DNA of 64,000 bases from Octopus vulgaris (GCA_951406725.2 OX597816.1:74524001-74588000); one strand, 5' to 3'; positions 40,914-55,120 are shown, numbered from the stretch's first letter. Notes: generated by a model from the sequence alone, not told the origin. Numbers and translations are program-made.

Positions 40914-42545
40914 TATAATGATGATAGATAGGTTGCCTCAGACAATAGTAACGGACATTGGATAGACAATATTAGACGAGATTTAACCAGTAATTTTAAA
41001 GAAGTAGGGCTTAATATAACTGTAGCCATGGTGTGAATTAATGGCTGACTTTAAGATATAATAGAAGACCGATCCTCAGCAGAAAATGTAAATGGTGTAA
41101 TAAAACCATTCCCACTACGCAACCCGACGACTAAAGGCAGAATGAGAAAAATAAAGAAATTAACATACAAGAATATGATGGAAGGTATAATGTTGGTCTA
41201 TGTCTACGAAAGGTGTCATAATTTGACAAATTAACAAAAGCTTTCTTAGCTAGCAATCTTTCTAATAATTTCTTGCCTAAATTTACTTTAGTTCTCATTA
41301 AGTTTAAAGTTGTAAGAAACATTTCAAGAGCTTCTATGAAATCTAGTTTAATATTTCAAACTTCGCAATATTATTCATATTTATTAGTGAAATTAAACAG
41401 TTTCGTCCACGAGTTTGTTTTGGCACAGAATGTAGTAATTATATTCTCATTGAAGTAAACTGAAATTTATGGTGCGTAAAAGATATCAAAATTTCGACAA
41501 AATCGCATTAATATTTGTCAGTGTATATTACGATTTGGTGTAACTTTTATTCAAGACGATTATATATTCCTGCTATTTGATCTCCGAAAGAATTAAAGTT
41601 GCATCAAGTATACTACATATGATGCCAATGTACCAAATAAAAGTGGTCATAAAATTGTTTTGAAGTAAAATGAAATAATTATAAATAGAAAGTAAGAGCT
41701 TTATATCACTTTTCCCTCCAATAACTGTGTGTGTTAATCTTTCACTTGTTTCAGTTGGCTTAACTAACAGTGTTCAACGCAAAATATTATAAATTCATTC
41801 AGTTCAAATCACACCGGCAGAGAAATAATCTTCGTTCATTCTGGGCCAGCACAACAATTACCAGATATTGTCCATTGTTTACTTAGAAAGGAGGGGCAGT
41901 ACCTACGATATTTTGTAGACTTTCAAAACAGGGACGACCTACAGTTAAACAATATCAACAACTCATACTTATTTGATGGCATGGCCATGTGGTGAGAAAC
42001 ATGCTTCCCAACCACATGGTCCCGGGTTCAGTTTCACTGCGTGGCACATTGGGAAAGTGTCTTCTATTATAATCTCGGGCCGACCAAAGCCTTGTGAATA
42101 GATTTGGTAGACGGAAACTGAAAGAAGCTAGTCACATACACACACGTGTGTTTGTGTTAGCTATTGCTTACAAGCCAGGCTTAACAAAATTTAATACTTG
42201 GATCGATTCATTCAACAAAAAGTTCAAGGCGATACTCCAGCATAACTACAATCTAATGACTTAAATAAGTAAAAGATAAAGATACCCAAGAAGGATGAAA
42301 GCGAAGTCGACCCTGACAGTGTTTGAATGAAACATTTAAAAACTTCAGAGCACTTTACCTAATACTTTGTACAATGATAAGTCATTCTATGTTCTATGAT
42401 ACACTGTTTGATAAATGGACTTTTTTCCGTCGGCTGAAAACTAAGTATTTTGGCCAAAAGACACAGTGTGGCAACAATGACAGGATTCAAGACAAGCAAC
42501 CTTTGAAACATCTGTTATAGATATCTGATATAAAGTAATACATAC

Positions 42546-42716
42546 CTCTACAATTTAGTTCTTCGCCTACAGTAGATGAATAACCAGGTATACATTGACA
42601 TATTGATTTCCACTCTGTAACGTTCACGCAGTGTGCATTTAGACCACAAGAATTAGACTCATCACAAGTTGTGTGCTGCAGAGGTGGCATTGGTATATAT
42701 GAAGTTAGTTTCGGGC
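42546..42716 (-). CDS. Exon F: Pro-rich linker + EGF-like domain (171 nt, phase 1-1)
   Basis: Acceptor ctccacattgcag, donor G|gtatgt. CDESNSCGLNAHCVNVTEWKSICQCIPGYSSTVGEELNC has EGF six-Cys spacing. Confidence 0.85.
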
Positions 42717-43270
42717 CTGCAATGTGGAGAGGAAAAATAGATACTAATCTATAAATTAACACAGATTCAAATAAAAGCAAAGCTTTAAATATAATTAAAC
42801 ATAACTATGTAACCGATGGACAGCGAGTTGGCAGAATCGTTAGCGCGTCGTACGCAGTGATGAACAGCATTTCTCCCGGCTTATGTTCTTAGTTCAAATC
42901 CGACCGAGGTCAAGTTTGCTGTTCATCTCTTCAGGATCGCTAAAATAAAGTACCAGTCAAGTACTTGTGTAGATGTGATTGATTTGCTTCCTACCTTCAA
43001 AATTGCTGGTCTCGTACCCTGCAACAGTCCAGCATCCCTTTCCGGAGGAATATTGAGATCTCAGCCACTTTATACCATGAAAATCAGGTAACCGGCCTTA
43101 TTATTCCTCAGGTTTGAGGAAAAGCTACGCTTAATAAGCATAGCTTTTCGGAATTAATTTCAATGCTATAAACTAGTTTTCAAATTAGCATTGTATTTCA
43201 TGGGATCAATAAAAAAATTAGAATATTATGAACATGTTTCAGGAAATAATCAAACCTATATTTAAGAGAG

Positions 43271-43400
43271 TGGAGGCACATGGCCTATTGGTTAGAGCAG
43301 CAGACTCGCAGTCGAGGGATCGCGGGTTCGAATCTCAGACCGGGCGATGTGTGTGTTTATGAGCGAAAACACCTAAGCTCCACGCGGCGCCGGCAGAAGG
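43271..43400 (+). mobile_element. Family-C SINE 5' part (tRNA-Arg-like head)
   Basis: gtggaggcacatggcctattggttagagcagcagactcgcagtcgagggatcgcgggttcgaatctcagacc continues into SINE body. Confidence 0.75.
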
Positions 43401-43615
43401 CATGTAGTTGCTAAGCTAGCTTCTTAACCATACAGCCATGCTTTCGCGTACTATTTCTTTTTTTCTTTATCGCTTTGCCAAAGAAAGGCCGTGCTGACAC
43501 GTTTCACATCTTACGAGACTGGCGAGTGGTATCCTCATAACGAATGCTCACAACTAAAGATACCTCATGGCTAGTTGGTGGTATTTAACCGACTGATCGA
43601 TTGCGCACACACACA

Positions 43616-43832
43616 CGAAGGAGTGCTGAAAAGTTCCTGGCTTTAAGTGTATCACGAAAAGTCTGATTGGAGGCCCAACCTTCCGACTTCCTTTACAGGG
43701 CTTAGAAAAACTGAAGGACGGCTGCAAGAAATATGTGAATCTTAGAGGGTAATATGTTAAATAAAATCATAATTAACCGATCCTCCTGTATTTTGTTTTA
43801 CCCAAAGGCAGGAACTTTTCGGCACCCTCTCG
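43616..43832. mobile_element. mariner-type MITE
   Basis: TIRs cgaaggagtgctgaaaagttcctg and caggaacttttcggcaccctctcg. Confidence 0.8.
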
Positions 43833-45669
43833 TGTATGTGAGTGAGTATGTGTCTATATATATGTGTGTATGTATATATATATACACACACCCGCGCGAG
43901 TCAGCTGCGGCGGGATTTGAACTTAAAGAATCGGGGCAAATACTACACGGAATCCTTTCAGGCGCTTTAACAATTCCACCATCCTATTTGCTGTACACTC
44001 GACTTAGGGGAGCTGGAAATGAAAAGCAAAGCTTACCTCAATGAGAGCTGAACTCAGAATGCAAAAAACTGGAATAGATACCTCAAGGTCTAACGCTTCT
44101 GTCAGTTCGCCTGCTACTATCATCATAGATTTTGCGACTTAATTAAACTGATATTTAAAACTCGAATGTTTTACGTGTTTACAAAATAGAAAAAAAGTCC
44201 TTGGTGCATGATTCATTTCTGTTTCTAGAAATAAACTCTAAATTTAAGATTATTCTCCAAATATCATTTTCTTGACACTTTTTGATTTGCTACTTTGATT
44301 TCTAGCTCTCGTTCTTAAGTATTACTGCCACAGAAACAAATATGCATTACTGGGGGGGGGGGGGGGCTAGACGTATTACCATATAATTACAGAAAACATT
44401 TATCCGACTGTAGTATTTTAAATCTCTTATATTCACATGAAATCAAATATATCTACACACTTATAGAACACATATTTATTGTGTGTAATTGTACATGTGA
44501 ATATTATATTTGTATTCTTACAAACACGTATGCGTGTGTAACCTCTATGTGGTTATGAAGGTTATTAGCGGTGGCGTAACTGAAGTGAATTCGTTTCAAC
44601 AGGAAATGGAAACTACACACGACTCACTTGGCGTTCATATTTATTATAAGATGGCTACTTACATGTTGTTGTTGTTGTTCAGTCCCTGATTAAGCAGGCA
44701 TATGACCAAAAGCGTTCCATTCATAACCATCCCTCATTTTTTTTCCGAGTATAAAGTCTCTTATCCAATGTGAAGAAGATTTGGTTACTATTTCCAGCAA
44801 GTCGAACGATAACGTAGATCTTTCATGTTAATAATAAATTCTAATCTAGGCACATAGAAAAGGAATAAGCCGTTTTTATCGATCCAGGAAGAATGAAAGA
44901 TAAAAGTTGATCTCGCGGGATTCTTCCAAATCATTTGGTAATGATTTCAAATTTTGACAACAAAAAAAAAAAAAAGCCAACGACTTTAGAGGTGGAAGGG
45001 TTGTTGATTAATTCGACCTTAGTGCTGAACTGGTACGTATTTTATCGATACCGAAAAAAATGAAAGACAAAGTCGACTTCGACGGAATTTGAACCCAAAC
45101 GTAAAGACAGACGAAATGTCGCCAGCCATTTTGTCCGACGCACTCAGGAAAATGCCTGCTCCCTATGACTAATAAGGACGCGTGTCAATAGAGGAGAAGA
45201 GCAAAACCATTTAGATGCTCCGTAATAGATAACAAGTACATTTTTTAAAATCATTCCTGTACAAATAAAAATACGTCTACTCTGATTAGATTTGAACTCA
45301 GAACCTATTATAACACATTTAATCTCGTTCTGAACCTATTCTACAACTTCACAAGCTTTCGTCGTATTTACGAGGAATTTTTCACTTTCTTACAAGGGAA
45401 CAACACAGTAAGGTATGAAAGGATGCCGTCGATTATATTGATATCAGTACTTGTAGTAATTTCAGCGACACCGAAAGGATTAAACGTAAAGCTGACCTTG
45501 GCAGGAATTGAAATAAGAACGTAATAGCCGTAAATAAATCTTATTTAATGCTGGCTTTTTTTTTTTACATGGGAATACAATTTGGATGGTGGATATAGCC
45601 GATTATTTCGCCCCCATTAGGATGAAAGGGAAAATTTAACTTTTGAAGAAGTTGAACTCTCTCTTTATT

Positions 45670-45772
<103 letters not shown>

Positions 45773-45852
45773 CTAGTTTCGTTTTGAAAATTACAAACTG
45801 ATCAGCAGTCACTACTCCACCACTGATATAACATTATAATTATTATTATTAA

Positions 45853-46290
45853 GGCGACGAGCTGGCAGAATCGTTAGCATGTCGGGCAACTTGCTTAGCG
45901 GCATTTCATCTATCTTTGCGTTTTGAGTTCAAATTCCGCCGAGGTCGACTTTACCTTTCATCCTTCCGAGGTCGATAAAGTAAGTACCAGTGAAACACTT
46001 GAGTCGATGTAATCAATTTACCTCTCCCCGCAAAATGTCGGGCCTTGTGCTTACAGTAGAAAGGATTATTATTATTATTAAAAAGGCGGCAGAATTCGTT
46101 AGCATGTTAGGCAAATGTTTAGCGGTATTTCGTCCGTCTTTACATTGAGTTCAAATTCAGGTTAGGTCTACTATGCCTTTCATCCTTTCGGGGTTAATAA
46201 GATAAGTACCAGTTAAGCGTTAAGGTCGATTTAATTGACTTACCTCTTACCCCGAAATTGTTGGCCTTGTGCCAAAGCTTGAAACCGTTA
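45853..46290 (+). mobile_element. Two adjacent family-A SINEs next to the exon E donor
   Basis: Two heads (ggcgacgagctggcag, ggcggcagaattcgttagc), each with the ggccttgtgc-type tail. Confidence 0.85.
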
Positions 46291-46312
46291 TTGTAATTAC
46301 AGCAATACTTAC

Positions 46313-46453
46313 GTGAGACACACTTGGAATCGTCGGGCGAACTCCTGAATCCATATTTACAGATACAAGTTTTATTTTTGACACATTCTGTATTACTCAA
46401 TCGAGAGTAACAATGTGAGTGGGTTTCACATCTATCGCCAATAAATTTTGGCA
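46313..46453 (-). CDS. Exon E: one EB-like repeat (141 nt, phase 1-1)
   Basis: Acceptor gtttttgcag, donor C|gtaagt. Translates PKFIGDRCETHSHCYSRLSNTECVKNKTCICKYGFRSSPDDSKCVS. Confidence 0.88.
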
Positions 46454-47819
46454 CTGCAAAAACATAAAAACAAAGACGCAATGTTTAATGTATCAGATAA
46501 ATGTCAAAAATAGTTACTCGAAAGTTGTTAGCTTTCAAGAGGAATATTAATATACGTGGAAATAATGTATTAATGACTACATTTCCTACTGAATTTTCTC
46601 TTTCTTTTAGGCTAGAGAAGAGTTCAACTGATGACTGTCAGTGACAATTACTTACATCTTAATGTATTAACTATTTACAAGAATTCTTAGTTCTTGCTCT
46701 GAATACTTGGATGCAAAAATACAAAAATAGCCATACATTACATAAAATTAATAATTGATTTGTAGTTCTAGCTGTAAAAAGCTCACACTGATATCTTTAT
46801 AGTATCAACATTCTCAGAACGTTACCCAATTTACAAAACATTTAGTTTCGTAGGGAGAAAGAAAGAACACAGTAAACGGGAGTAATATACTTGCTTTTGG
46901 CTTGGTTTATCTTCATTTTGTTTGTGAATTTGTTTCTAAATTTAATTTATCGATTGCAGTGGTTATCATAAATACAGTTTGATAAAATAAAAGGGGCCAG
47001 GTGCTTGTTAATGGTATCGAAACAATAGATATTAGTTGACATCGTAAGAATTTTATAGTCTTTGCCTATCGAAAAGGGATTTTCAACCTAATATTAGCAT
47101 GCTTTTATTTATAGCTTGATGTGTGTACTTCAAGATATTCCAGAGAGAGGGAAATAGAAATATATGTGAATCAAACAATAAATAAAGAATGAATGAGAGG
47201 AAAGGAAAATCAGGGAATCGAGGGTTCATATTGGTTCTTCATAGATAGATTGATATCCTGAAAGTTCGTACTCTGATATCACAGAAACTATTTTGATGCC
47301 ATCAACAACCGCCTGTCCATCTTTTGTTTTATTGTACTTTCATAAGCTCAGATGATACATTGCTTTTAGCCAACTCTTGTCTGCCTGGATTCCATCTCCC
47401 TTTGTTCAACGTTAGATCTAGTCCGATCTGAGCACTAATTTTCTATATGTATCATACACCTTTTTTCTAACGTATTCTTACCCACTATATAAATACAATA
47501 AAATGTATGGATTCTCTGTTCAAACAAGCCTCACACCATTTGTTACATCGAAGTATATATCAGTAAGCGTTGGTTATATCTAGTGCCAGGTCAGTTCTGA
47601 CAGAGTAGATCTGTGAATAAAGGTATTATAACTCTATCCACGTCATTTATATATTTTTTTCAAACCTAGTATAGGTAGGTCTACATTATTCAGTGTGCCC
47701 TTTGCTTTCTGCAGACCATAGGGTGTAATACTAAAGAGGCGTAGTTAGTAATTCTAGCATATCTAACAAACCCGTAGAGGTTTCGTCACTGGTATGTAAT
47801 TTTTTTTATATTCATAGTA

Positions 47820-49079
47820 CAGGGTCTTGCAGATAAACTGAGACCAATTTTAAGCAGTTTACTTAGTGGGTTTAACATTTCATTTTTTGACAAAACCTTG
47901 CTTGATAATCTAATCCTCCTCTTTATTTTTCAGGTAAATAGCGAACTAATTCGACAACAGACAGTCATGGAACAACATAATCGTTCCGCCATTGTTGTTT
48001 TAGCACGCGCCAGATATACTGCAAATAAAATTACTAAGTTGACGAAACTTCCAAAATCAATAGTTTATCGTGTGTATAAACAATTTAAAGAAGAAGGAAA
48101 GATTGATAGAAAAGAACACAAAACTTGAAGTGATTCCAAGCGCAATTCAAAGTTTGTCGCTAGCCTCAAACGCTCGATTGAAGCTAACATATCCACAGCC
48201 ATGACAATTCTTGCATAGAAACGCAATGTGTCCCTTTCCACGGTGCCTAGAGCTGTGAACAGGAACCTTGGCATGACTAGCTATGTTCGACGACGTCGTC
48301 ACCTCTTCACGGCCAAGGCCAAACCAATCAGAGCCGAGAGATGTCCAAAGCTTCTGTAATTCATCAAGCATCAAGGTGCAGGAAAAACTCTCGTGTTTGT
48401 GGACGAGAAGTTCACTGTGGACGCAGAGGTGAATCGCAGAAATTCTTGAGTGATTGCATACAGCCCTTCTGACGTACCCCCTGTGTTTGAGACTAAGAAT
48501 CCTGCCTCTGTGATGGTATTTGGAGTCGTGGCGAGTGATGGAATTGTCATGGATCCAGACATCGTTGAGTCTGGCTTGAAGATTGGCACAAAAGTGTAAT
48601 TGAACATCCTGAATAACTCTGTTACCTTGGATAGAGCAGAAGTTTTGGCTTGACAATGTGGTGTTTATCCAAGATTCTGCACCATACCATGGGTCAAAAG
48701 TACTCAGGCGTTCCTTTGGTAAGAAGGTACCATTTGTGAGGGCCAAAGTCTGGCCCAGTAATAGCCCAGATCTGAACCTTCTCAATTACTTTTTATGGCG
48801 CGTACTTCAAGCAAGGACCAGTACTTCACCACATTTGAGTTTCAACATCATGTGTCCAACATGCAAAATCAAAAAGGTGGAGGTTGCGGCAGCTGCAAAA
48901 AAATTTTTTTCTCGTGTGGAGGCAGCAATTGCCCAAAAGGGCAGCCATATTGAGTGATAAATGTTTTTATTGTAATAAATGTTACATTAAAATTATATCT
49001 ATCTACTACCATTATTTTAGTATTTATAACTAGTTTTATGCATCATAAAAATTTGTCTCAATCTATCTGCAAGACTATA
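47820..49079 (+). mobile_element. Tc1/mariner fossil, maT/DD37D-like, with TIRs and TA TSD; transposase pseudogene 47967-48957
   Basis: TA-cagggtcttgcagataaactgagaccaattt and aaatttgtctcaatctatctgcaagactata-TA. HTH N-terminus, then VFVDEKFTV, FIQDSAPYH, WPSNSPDLNLLNYFLW. Several stops. Confidence 0.9.
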
Positions 49080-49194
49080 TATTTTCTACAAATGACATGT
49101 CATCACTATGTTTCTATGTTACTTATATCCATTAATGTTTTCTTTGTGTTCATGTAGAGTAGCAGGCCTTAATCTGGGTGGTAGACATAGGACA

Positions 49195-49530
49195 AAGACT
49201 CCCTTCGGTCATGAATGACCATGGGATTGCACCTAGAAAGTTACCCTCCGAGGCATAAGTCTAGGCAAGGTTGTGTATGGAAGACCAGCAGTCGCCCACG
49301 CATACCAGCCTCCCCTCTCCACACCACCGATGTTATCCAAGGGAAAGGCAAAGGGACCGATACAGCTTGGGCGCCAGTGACGTCGCAACCCATTTCTAAA
49401 GATGAACGAACTGGAGTAACGGGAAATAAAGTGACTTGCTCAAGAAAACAACACGTAGACCGGTACAAGAATCAAACCCACTACCTCATGATTGTGAGCC
49501 CGGCGCTCTAACCACTGAGCCATGTGCTTT
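49195..49530 (-). mobile_element. Family-D SINE
   Basis: Head ggctcagtggttagagcgccgggctcacaatcatgagg; tail aggtgcaatcccatggtcattcatgaccgaaggg. Confidence 0.8.
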
Positions 49531-49539
49531 CACTGGTCA

Positions 49540-49775
49540 TTGACTTTTCATCCACTGCCCAGCGTAGATCTGACGCCCCACCCCCGACGTCCACATATTC
49601 AGTCCAATGAAGGACCATCTTCGCAGACAATGATTTGATGCTACAGATGGGGTGAAAGTGGTTGTGAAGAAGGGAGTATAACAGTGCACATTAGAATCTT
49701 TGTCAAATAAGATTCGGGAGTTGAATTCAGCAATGGCGCAAATGCATCGTTTGTGATGGAGACTACGTTGAGTTG
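49540..49775 (+). mobile_element. mariner transposase C-terminal fragment
   Basis: Remnants of SPDLAP, PMKDHLR and KCI..GDYVE. Confidence 0.55.
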
Positions 49776-49886
49776 TACATTTATACAGAGGAAGAGTTAC
49801 TCACCATCATATTCAATTTGAATTACTTCTGTCAGTTAATAAAGAGATGCTTACATTTGCATTAGTTTGGGTTCAACCCTTCTGCA

Positions 49887-49932
<46 letters not shown>

Positions 49933-50029
49933 GTATATAAGGAGAATTTATGAAAAAAACAAAAGACGGAGACAGGTGGTGTAGAAAACAAACAGATGTA
50001 TTAGTATAACGCTCGGGAATTGAAAAAGT

Positions 50030-50065
50030 CTTTTACGTTTCGAGCCTACGCTCTTCCACAGAAAG
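50030..50065 (-). ncRNA. Variant hammerhead-like motif
   Basis: cttt-CTGTGGA-a-gagc(gtag)gctc-GAAA-cg-TA-aaag. Core A6 is replaced by U. Confidence 0.45.
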
Positions 50066-50412
50066 GAACACAGAAAGAAACAAGGAGAGAAAAAATGTGT
50101 AGTGGCTATCGACGCTAAATATTATATTTGCCCAAGATCGAACTCAAGATATCGCGAAAGTCGTAACTATTTGGTCACACAAACACATACACACACACAC
50201 ACGTATGTACATATGTACACACACATATACACAAAAACACACACAAACCCAAACACATACACACAAGCACACACACACGCACACACATATATTTATATAT
50301 ATATATAATATGTATGCACACACGTACGAATATCCATATTTATGTGGGTGTGTATATGTGCGTATATAATGTAAAACGTCATATTTATTGAATGAAAAAT
50401 GATGATACTCAC

Positions 50413-50550
50413 AAGAGTGACAAAGCTTTCCTCCGTCTGTTTCAAAATGCTTGTCTCGGCACATACACTGTGATTTATTACATACACTGTTTTTAATAGC
50501 AAGGGTGCATTGCGATGTAGTTAGACATGAGTCATTTAATTTATGAGGCA
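50413..50550 (-). CDS. Exon D: one EB-like repeat (138 nt, phase 1-1)
   Basis: Acceptor ttatttccag, donor T|gtgagt. Translates PHKLNDSCLTTSQCTLAIKNSVCNKSQCMCRDKHFETDGGKLCHS. Confidence 0.88.
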
Positions 50551-53500
50551 CTGGAAATAAGTAAATTGCATAATTAAGGATTTAATCTTCGTATTTAGAC
50601 CAAGTCGAAATTTCAAAATATCTTGCGCTAATTTTTTTTTTTTAATCGTATACTTCACACAAGAATTTCACATTTCTATGGAAATTTCCTTGTCAATTTC
50701 GTTCAGAAAGTTTAGAAAATTATATGGCAACTCATATAATGATGTCGATATTTCTGTGATAATTTCCATGATAATATTTGTGAAAGTATGTTTCACAATC
50801 TATGTTTCTATGTTTTCCTAACGATTTCTGTACTAATTTCTATGATGATTTTCATATTTTTATGCAAATTAATTCGATAATTTATCGAAAGAAATCATTA
50901 CTTTTTATGTTATATAGATATGAAAGAATGCTAGCTTCTGTTTTCATCATAACTTCATCAGTCGAAAGACACTTTTCACTGGTTGCAAAATATTCCATTC
51001 CAATTAGAAGATATTCATGCACAGTTAAGTATTAACTGTTTACCAACATTTTAATGATATTCATTTCAAGACTGAAAGCATGATGTGATGCATTTCATCT
51101 AATTTCCTGAAAATTATGCTAAAACGTCCATCAGTAAACTGATTTTACTCAAAAAGAAATTCTTTTAGCAAAATTGTGATACATTCAGTGTTTATTTTAA
51201 TATTAAAATAAGGTATACTGGAGTATCGTCTTCAAGTAAGGCAATTTATCGGTGTTCCTCACCGGGGAGGGGGCTACGAGTATTGAAAAGGAGGTGGATA
51301 AATTACCACACAATATTAACCTCAGTGTTTGTATGCTTGTATAGTATGTATTGAGCTCACAAAGAAGAAAGGCAAAATCGACCTGGCTTACGATAAGAAT
51401 TGTAAACTAATCTGACGTTTGGGACAAGATCCTTGTCGTATGATCTGGACCAACGTAAATGGTTGTGAACGGAATTTGATTCTAATTTTTTTTTTGAACG
51501 TATCTAAAACGGAGCATTGGAAAATTGATAGAATCATAAATATAAATGCTCTGTGGTATTTACTATTGTCTCTCTACGCTCCGAATTCTAATTCGGCCAA
51601 GTTCGACATTGCCTTTCATCCAACCAGGTAAAAAGAAAATACTAATACTTACATTTTATACAATTTCTTCTGTAAAGGCCGATAAAGTAGTCATTCGGGC
51701 AAAGACAACGCAAATACTCATCATTATCACTATTACTTTCGTCCTTGATAGTGTTGGATAGAGCGCAGCTACTCAGAGGATGAATGTTCTTACACTGGGA
51801 CGTGTATAGGCATGGTTGAGTCCCTAATAAAACTGGTCCTGTTACGATGGATGCAGCGGAGGTATTTGAACAGTTCTAATTCTCTTTAGAATATATATAT
51901 CATTGAGACAACATATAGCAAATTTGTTAGATTATTCGCCAAAGGCTAACAAAATGAGAATAGTTCGAGTTAATTGTTTTATATTAATTACCTTACCCAA
52001 CTTTGTTCTTGGTCATCTTCAGAGCTGTGAAAGGAACCTAAGATAAACTGCATTGTTCACAAGGGCGAGGAAAAACTAATACAGTAACAAAGGATAAAAA
52101 CAGTGATATACAGAAAATTAGCTACGGAGTATTAGCAATCAGATATGGTAGTGAAAGCTGAGTAATTAAACAGAAAATTATTTACAAGCTCTTAACTTGT
52201 AAATAACTGAGATCTAGGCAATTAAATAGAAACCTATTTACTATAAGCTATTACCTATAACTGTGAAATGTTAGCGATTAAACTCGAAGTTATTTGCAAC
52301 AAAGCTATTAGCTATAACAGTGAAATATAGATAATTATTTTTAAAAATTCTTTGCTGCAAACTTAGTTATTTACTATACCGTGAAATGCAAGTAAGAGCT
52401 AAAACTTACCAAAGCTATTAGCCCCTGGTTATAATTAACTATAGCAGTAAAATGAAGGTAAACAAATCATTTGCCACAATTTATTAGCCATAAGAGCGAA
52501 AAGAGAATTAGCTAAAAATGATTTGCAACACGCTGTTTGCTATAAGTCATTAACATAACAGGGAGGTGTGAGGAATTAGCTATTATACTAATGCTGTTGT
52601 TGATATTTAACTCCTCGTGAACTATAAGCAACCAAACTTCTTTAGCACAGGCATTCCATCGGCAACTATACCAGAATTTTAGCAAGTGCATTGAGCTCAG
52701 GGCTACATTATCCAGTGTGTCGTGTTGTAAGACACCGGGATGCAGTTTGAGGAAAGTTTGGTGGCTATTTCTTACAGAGCAAGCGACCATGTAGAAGTTC
52801 CTTCTTGTTTCAACCACAGCGATATTTCTTGCTGATATAGTTTTGCAACTTACAAAATGGATTACGCATAAGAACCATGTATTTTAACTGTAGACAGAAT
52901 CAATCGTAATTAATTATAATAGTCAATTTAACCTATTAATAAGAATTAAATCAATATATTGGAGGGTATCAATATTCTTTAACATTGTTGTATCCATAAA
53001 TAACAATGAATTACTTGCCGAGGAAAAAAATCTAAGAAATCTAAAACAAGTAGAAATTGTGATATTCATGATTTTGCAAAGAGAATAAAAATTGTTAGCG
53101 AATTGATATGGCTGACTATTGATAAAAAAAAATTTAAAACAGGTTTATAAGTCTGATAACCTAATTACTACGATACTAAAACCGGGTGCAAACATTAAAA
53201 AAACATTGACTATTTGTCAGAAGCAAACGTAAATAACAACATAAAACAGAGATACAAGAATCAAAACAAGAAGAAAAACAAGCAAGCAGACATTATTTTC
53301 AACAGTGTTGTTCTCCTTCATTGATGGACGCTATGTAAATTATTATCACAACACCAAAACGCTATATACAAACATGTGAATCCCTATAAGAAGATTTTTC
53401 ATTGTAAGAAATCAGTTAAAGCACTAGAAATGGAAAAAATGCTCAAAGTTTAGTAGAATCTGAAAGAGATAATAAAATGTAAAGTCTAAATACTTGGAAA

Positions 53501-53876
53501 CGGTTACTCAATACGATGTGTGATAGTTTCATAGAATTCTTTTGTAAGAAACAAAAAATAAGTCAGAAATTACAGTGAAGGACGTTCGAAGAGACTACTA
53601 TATTGAGTCAATCTTCATCAGAAGGATTCAGTATTGTTAAAGCTGGGTTAGAAAAGGAAAATTTACGAAAGCAACGACAGAAATAATAATGTTGGTTTCT
53701 CTTTTAATTAAAACTAAAATTAAACTTCCTTCAGGAGGGAACTGTCATTTGATCTACCTTGCAGTACTTGGTATATGTTTAACGATCACTGAAAGGTAAA
53801 ATTTACACATTCACACACATACATATATAGATATATATGTGTATATATAAATATATATAGAGATATATATGTGTAC

Positions 53877-53988
<112 letters not shown>

Positions 53989-54028
53989 CAAATGAAAAAT
54001 AGAAGATGAAATATACGAGAATATATTA

Positions 54029-54169
54029 TTAATCACAACAATTGTTTCGACACCTCTTGTGGGACACACAAAAACTGGTTCAGGAGTATCCAGATACTTC
54101 TGAACCAGTTTTTGTGTGTCCCACAAGAGGATTCAATGCTAGATGTGTTGAAACAATTGTTGAGATTAA
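54029..54169. repeat. Inverted repeat (hairpin)
   Basis: cctcttgtgggacacacaaaaactggttcag pairs with ctgaaccagtttttgtgtgtcccacaagagg; outer arms contain acaattgt. Confidence 0.9.
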
Positions 54170-54318
54170 GGTTGTACGTTAGCGTTCGGTTGGTAAACTG
54201 GAGTTTAGGTTATATAGGAGAAGAAAATGGATATAATAACAATGGGAAACTCGTGGTTTTCGCTTGTATGTCTTTAATTAAATAGAAAACAAAGAAGGAA
54301 GAAGCAGAGATGAGGGTA

Positions 54319-54369
54319 GCATTTACGATCGTTTCAATTTACTGGTTTAAGTAAATCTCTTCAGAATGC
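54319..54369 (-). ncRNA. Intact-looking minimal type-I hammerhead ribozyme
   Basis: gcatt-CTGAAGA-gatttact(taaacc)agtaaatt-GAAA-cgatcg-TA-aatgc. Stems I and II pair, stem III is palindromic, GUA cleavage site. Confidence 0.8.
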
Positions 54370-54648
54370 GAATATAGATTGATGCATCGGTTAGGATGCG
54401 AAAATAATTGATACATATGTGATGGTGATGTGAACAAAGTGGTAATTCTTACATTAAATTTTTGTTCTTTCGCTGGTAAATTCGCTGGGTAGAGGTTTGC
54501 TTCTGGTAGGTTTGTTAGTTTCCTTGGGTAATTAGGGTGGGATGAGTATTATTTAGGTGATGGTTTACTGTTTAATTAAGCACATTTTTCCACGTGTGTA
54601 TTCCGTTTAAGAATTATTTAAGGATAATATATATATGTCTATATTTAT

Positions 54649-54679
<31 letters not shown>

Positions 54680-54693
54680 GTCTATATTTATAA

Positions 54694-54732
<39 letters not shown>

Positions 54733-54760
54733 TATATTTATAAATTTATATATATATGTA

Positions 54761-54825
<65 letters not shown>

Positions 54826-54952
54826 TGCCGATAATGACACCAGAATGAATAAAAATTATCAGTTAATCCCATGCTCGAGTTTTCTTATTAATGAGAAAAT
54901 AAATTGATTTGTCATCCGTAGTTCATTAGAGGGATCGATATATCTATATATT

Positions 54953-54998
<46 letters not shown>

Positions 54999-55075
54999 GT
55001 ATATCTTTTTCTATATGTATATGTATATCTATATCTATACCTATATCTGTCTATCTATCTATATATCTATACCTA

Positions 55076-55106
<31 letters not shown>

Positions 55107-55120
55107 TTATCTATCTATTT

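Noticed and set aside
43271-43345. tRNA-Arg-like sequence (also heads at 8318 and 29943)
   Set aside because: It continues into SINE body, the stems are imperfect and there is no T-run terminator.
53575-53630. CTGATGA motif on the minus strand
   Set aside because: GAAA core and stem I are not intact; at most a decayed hammerhead.
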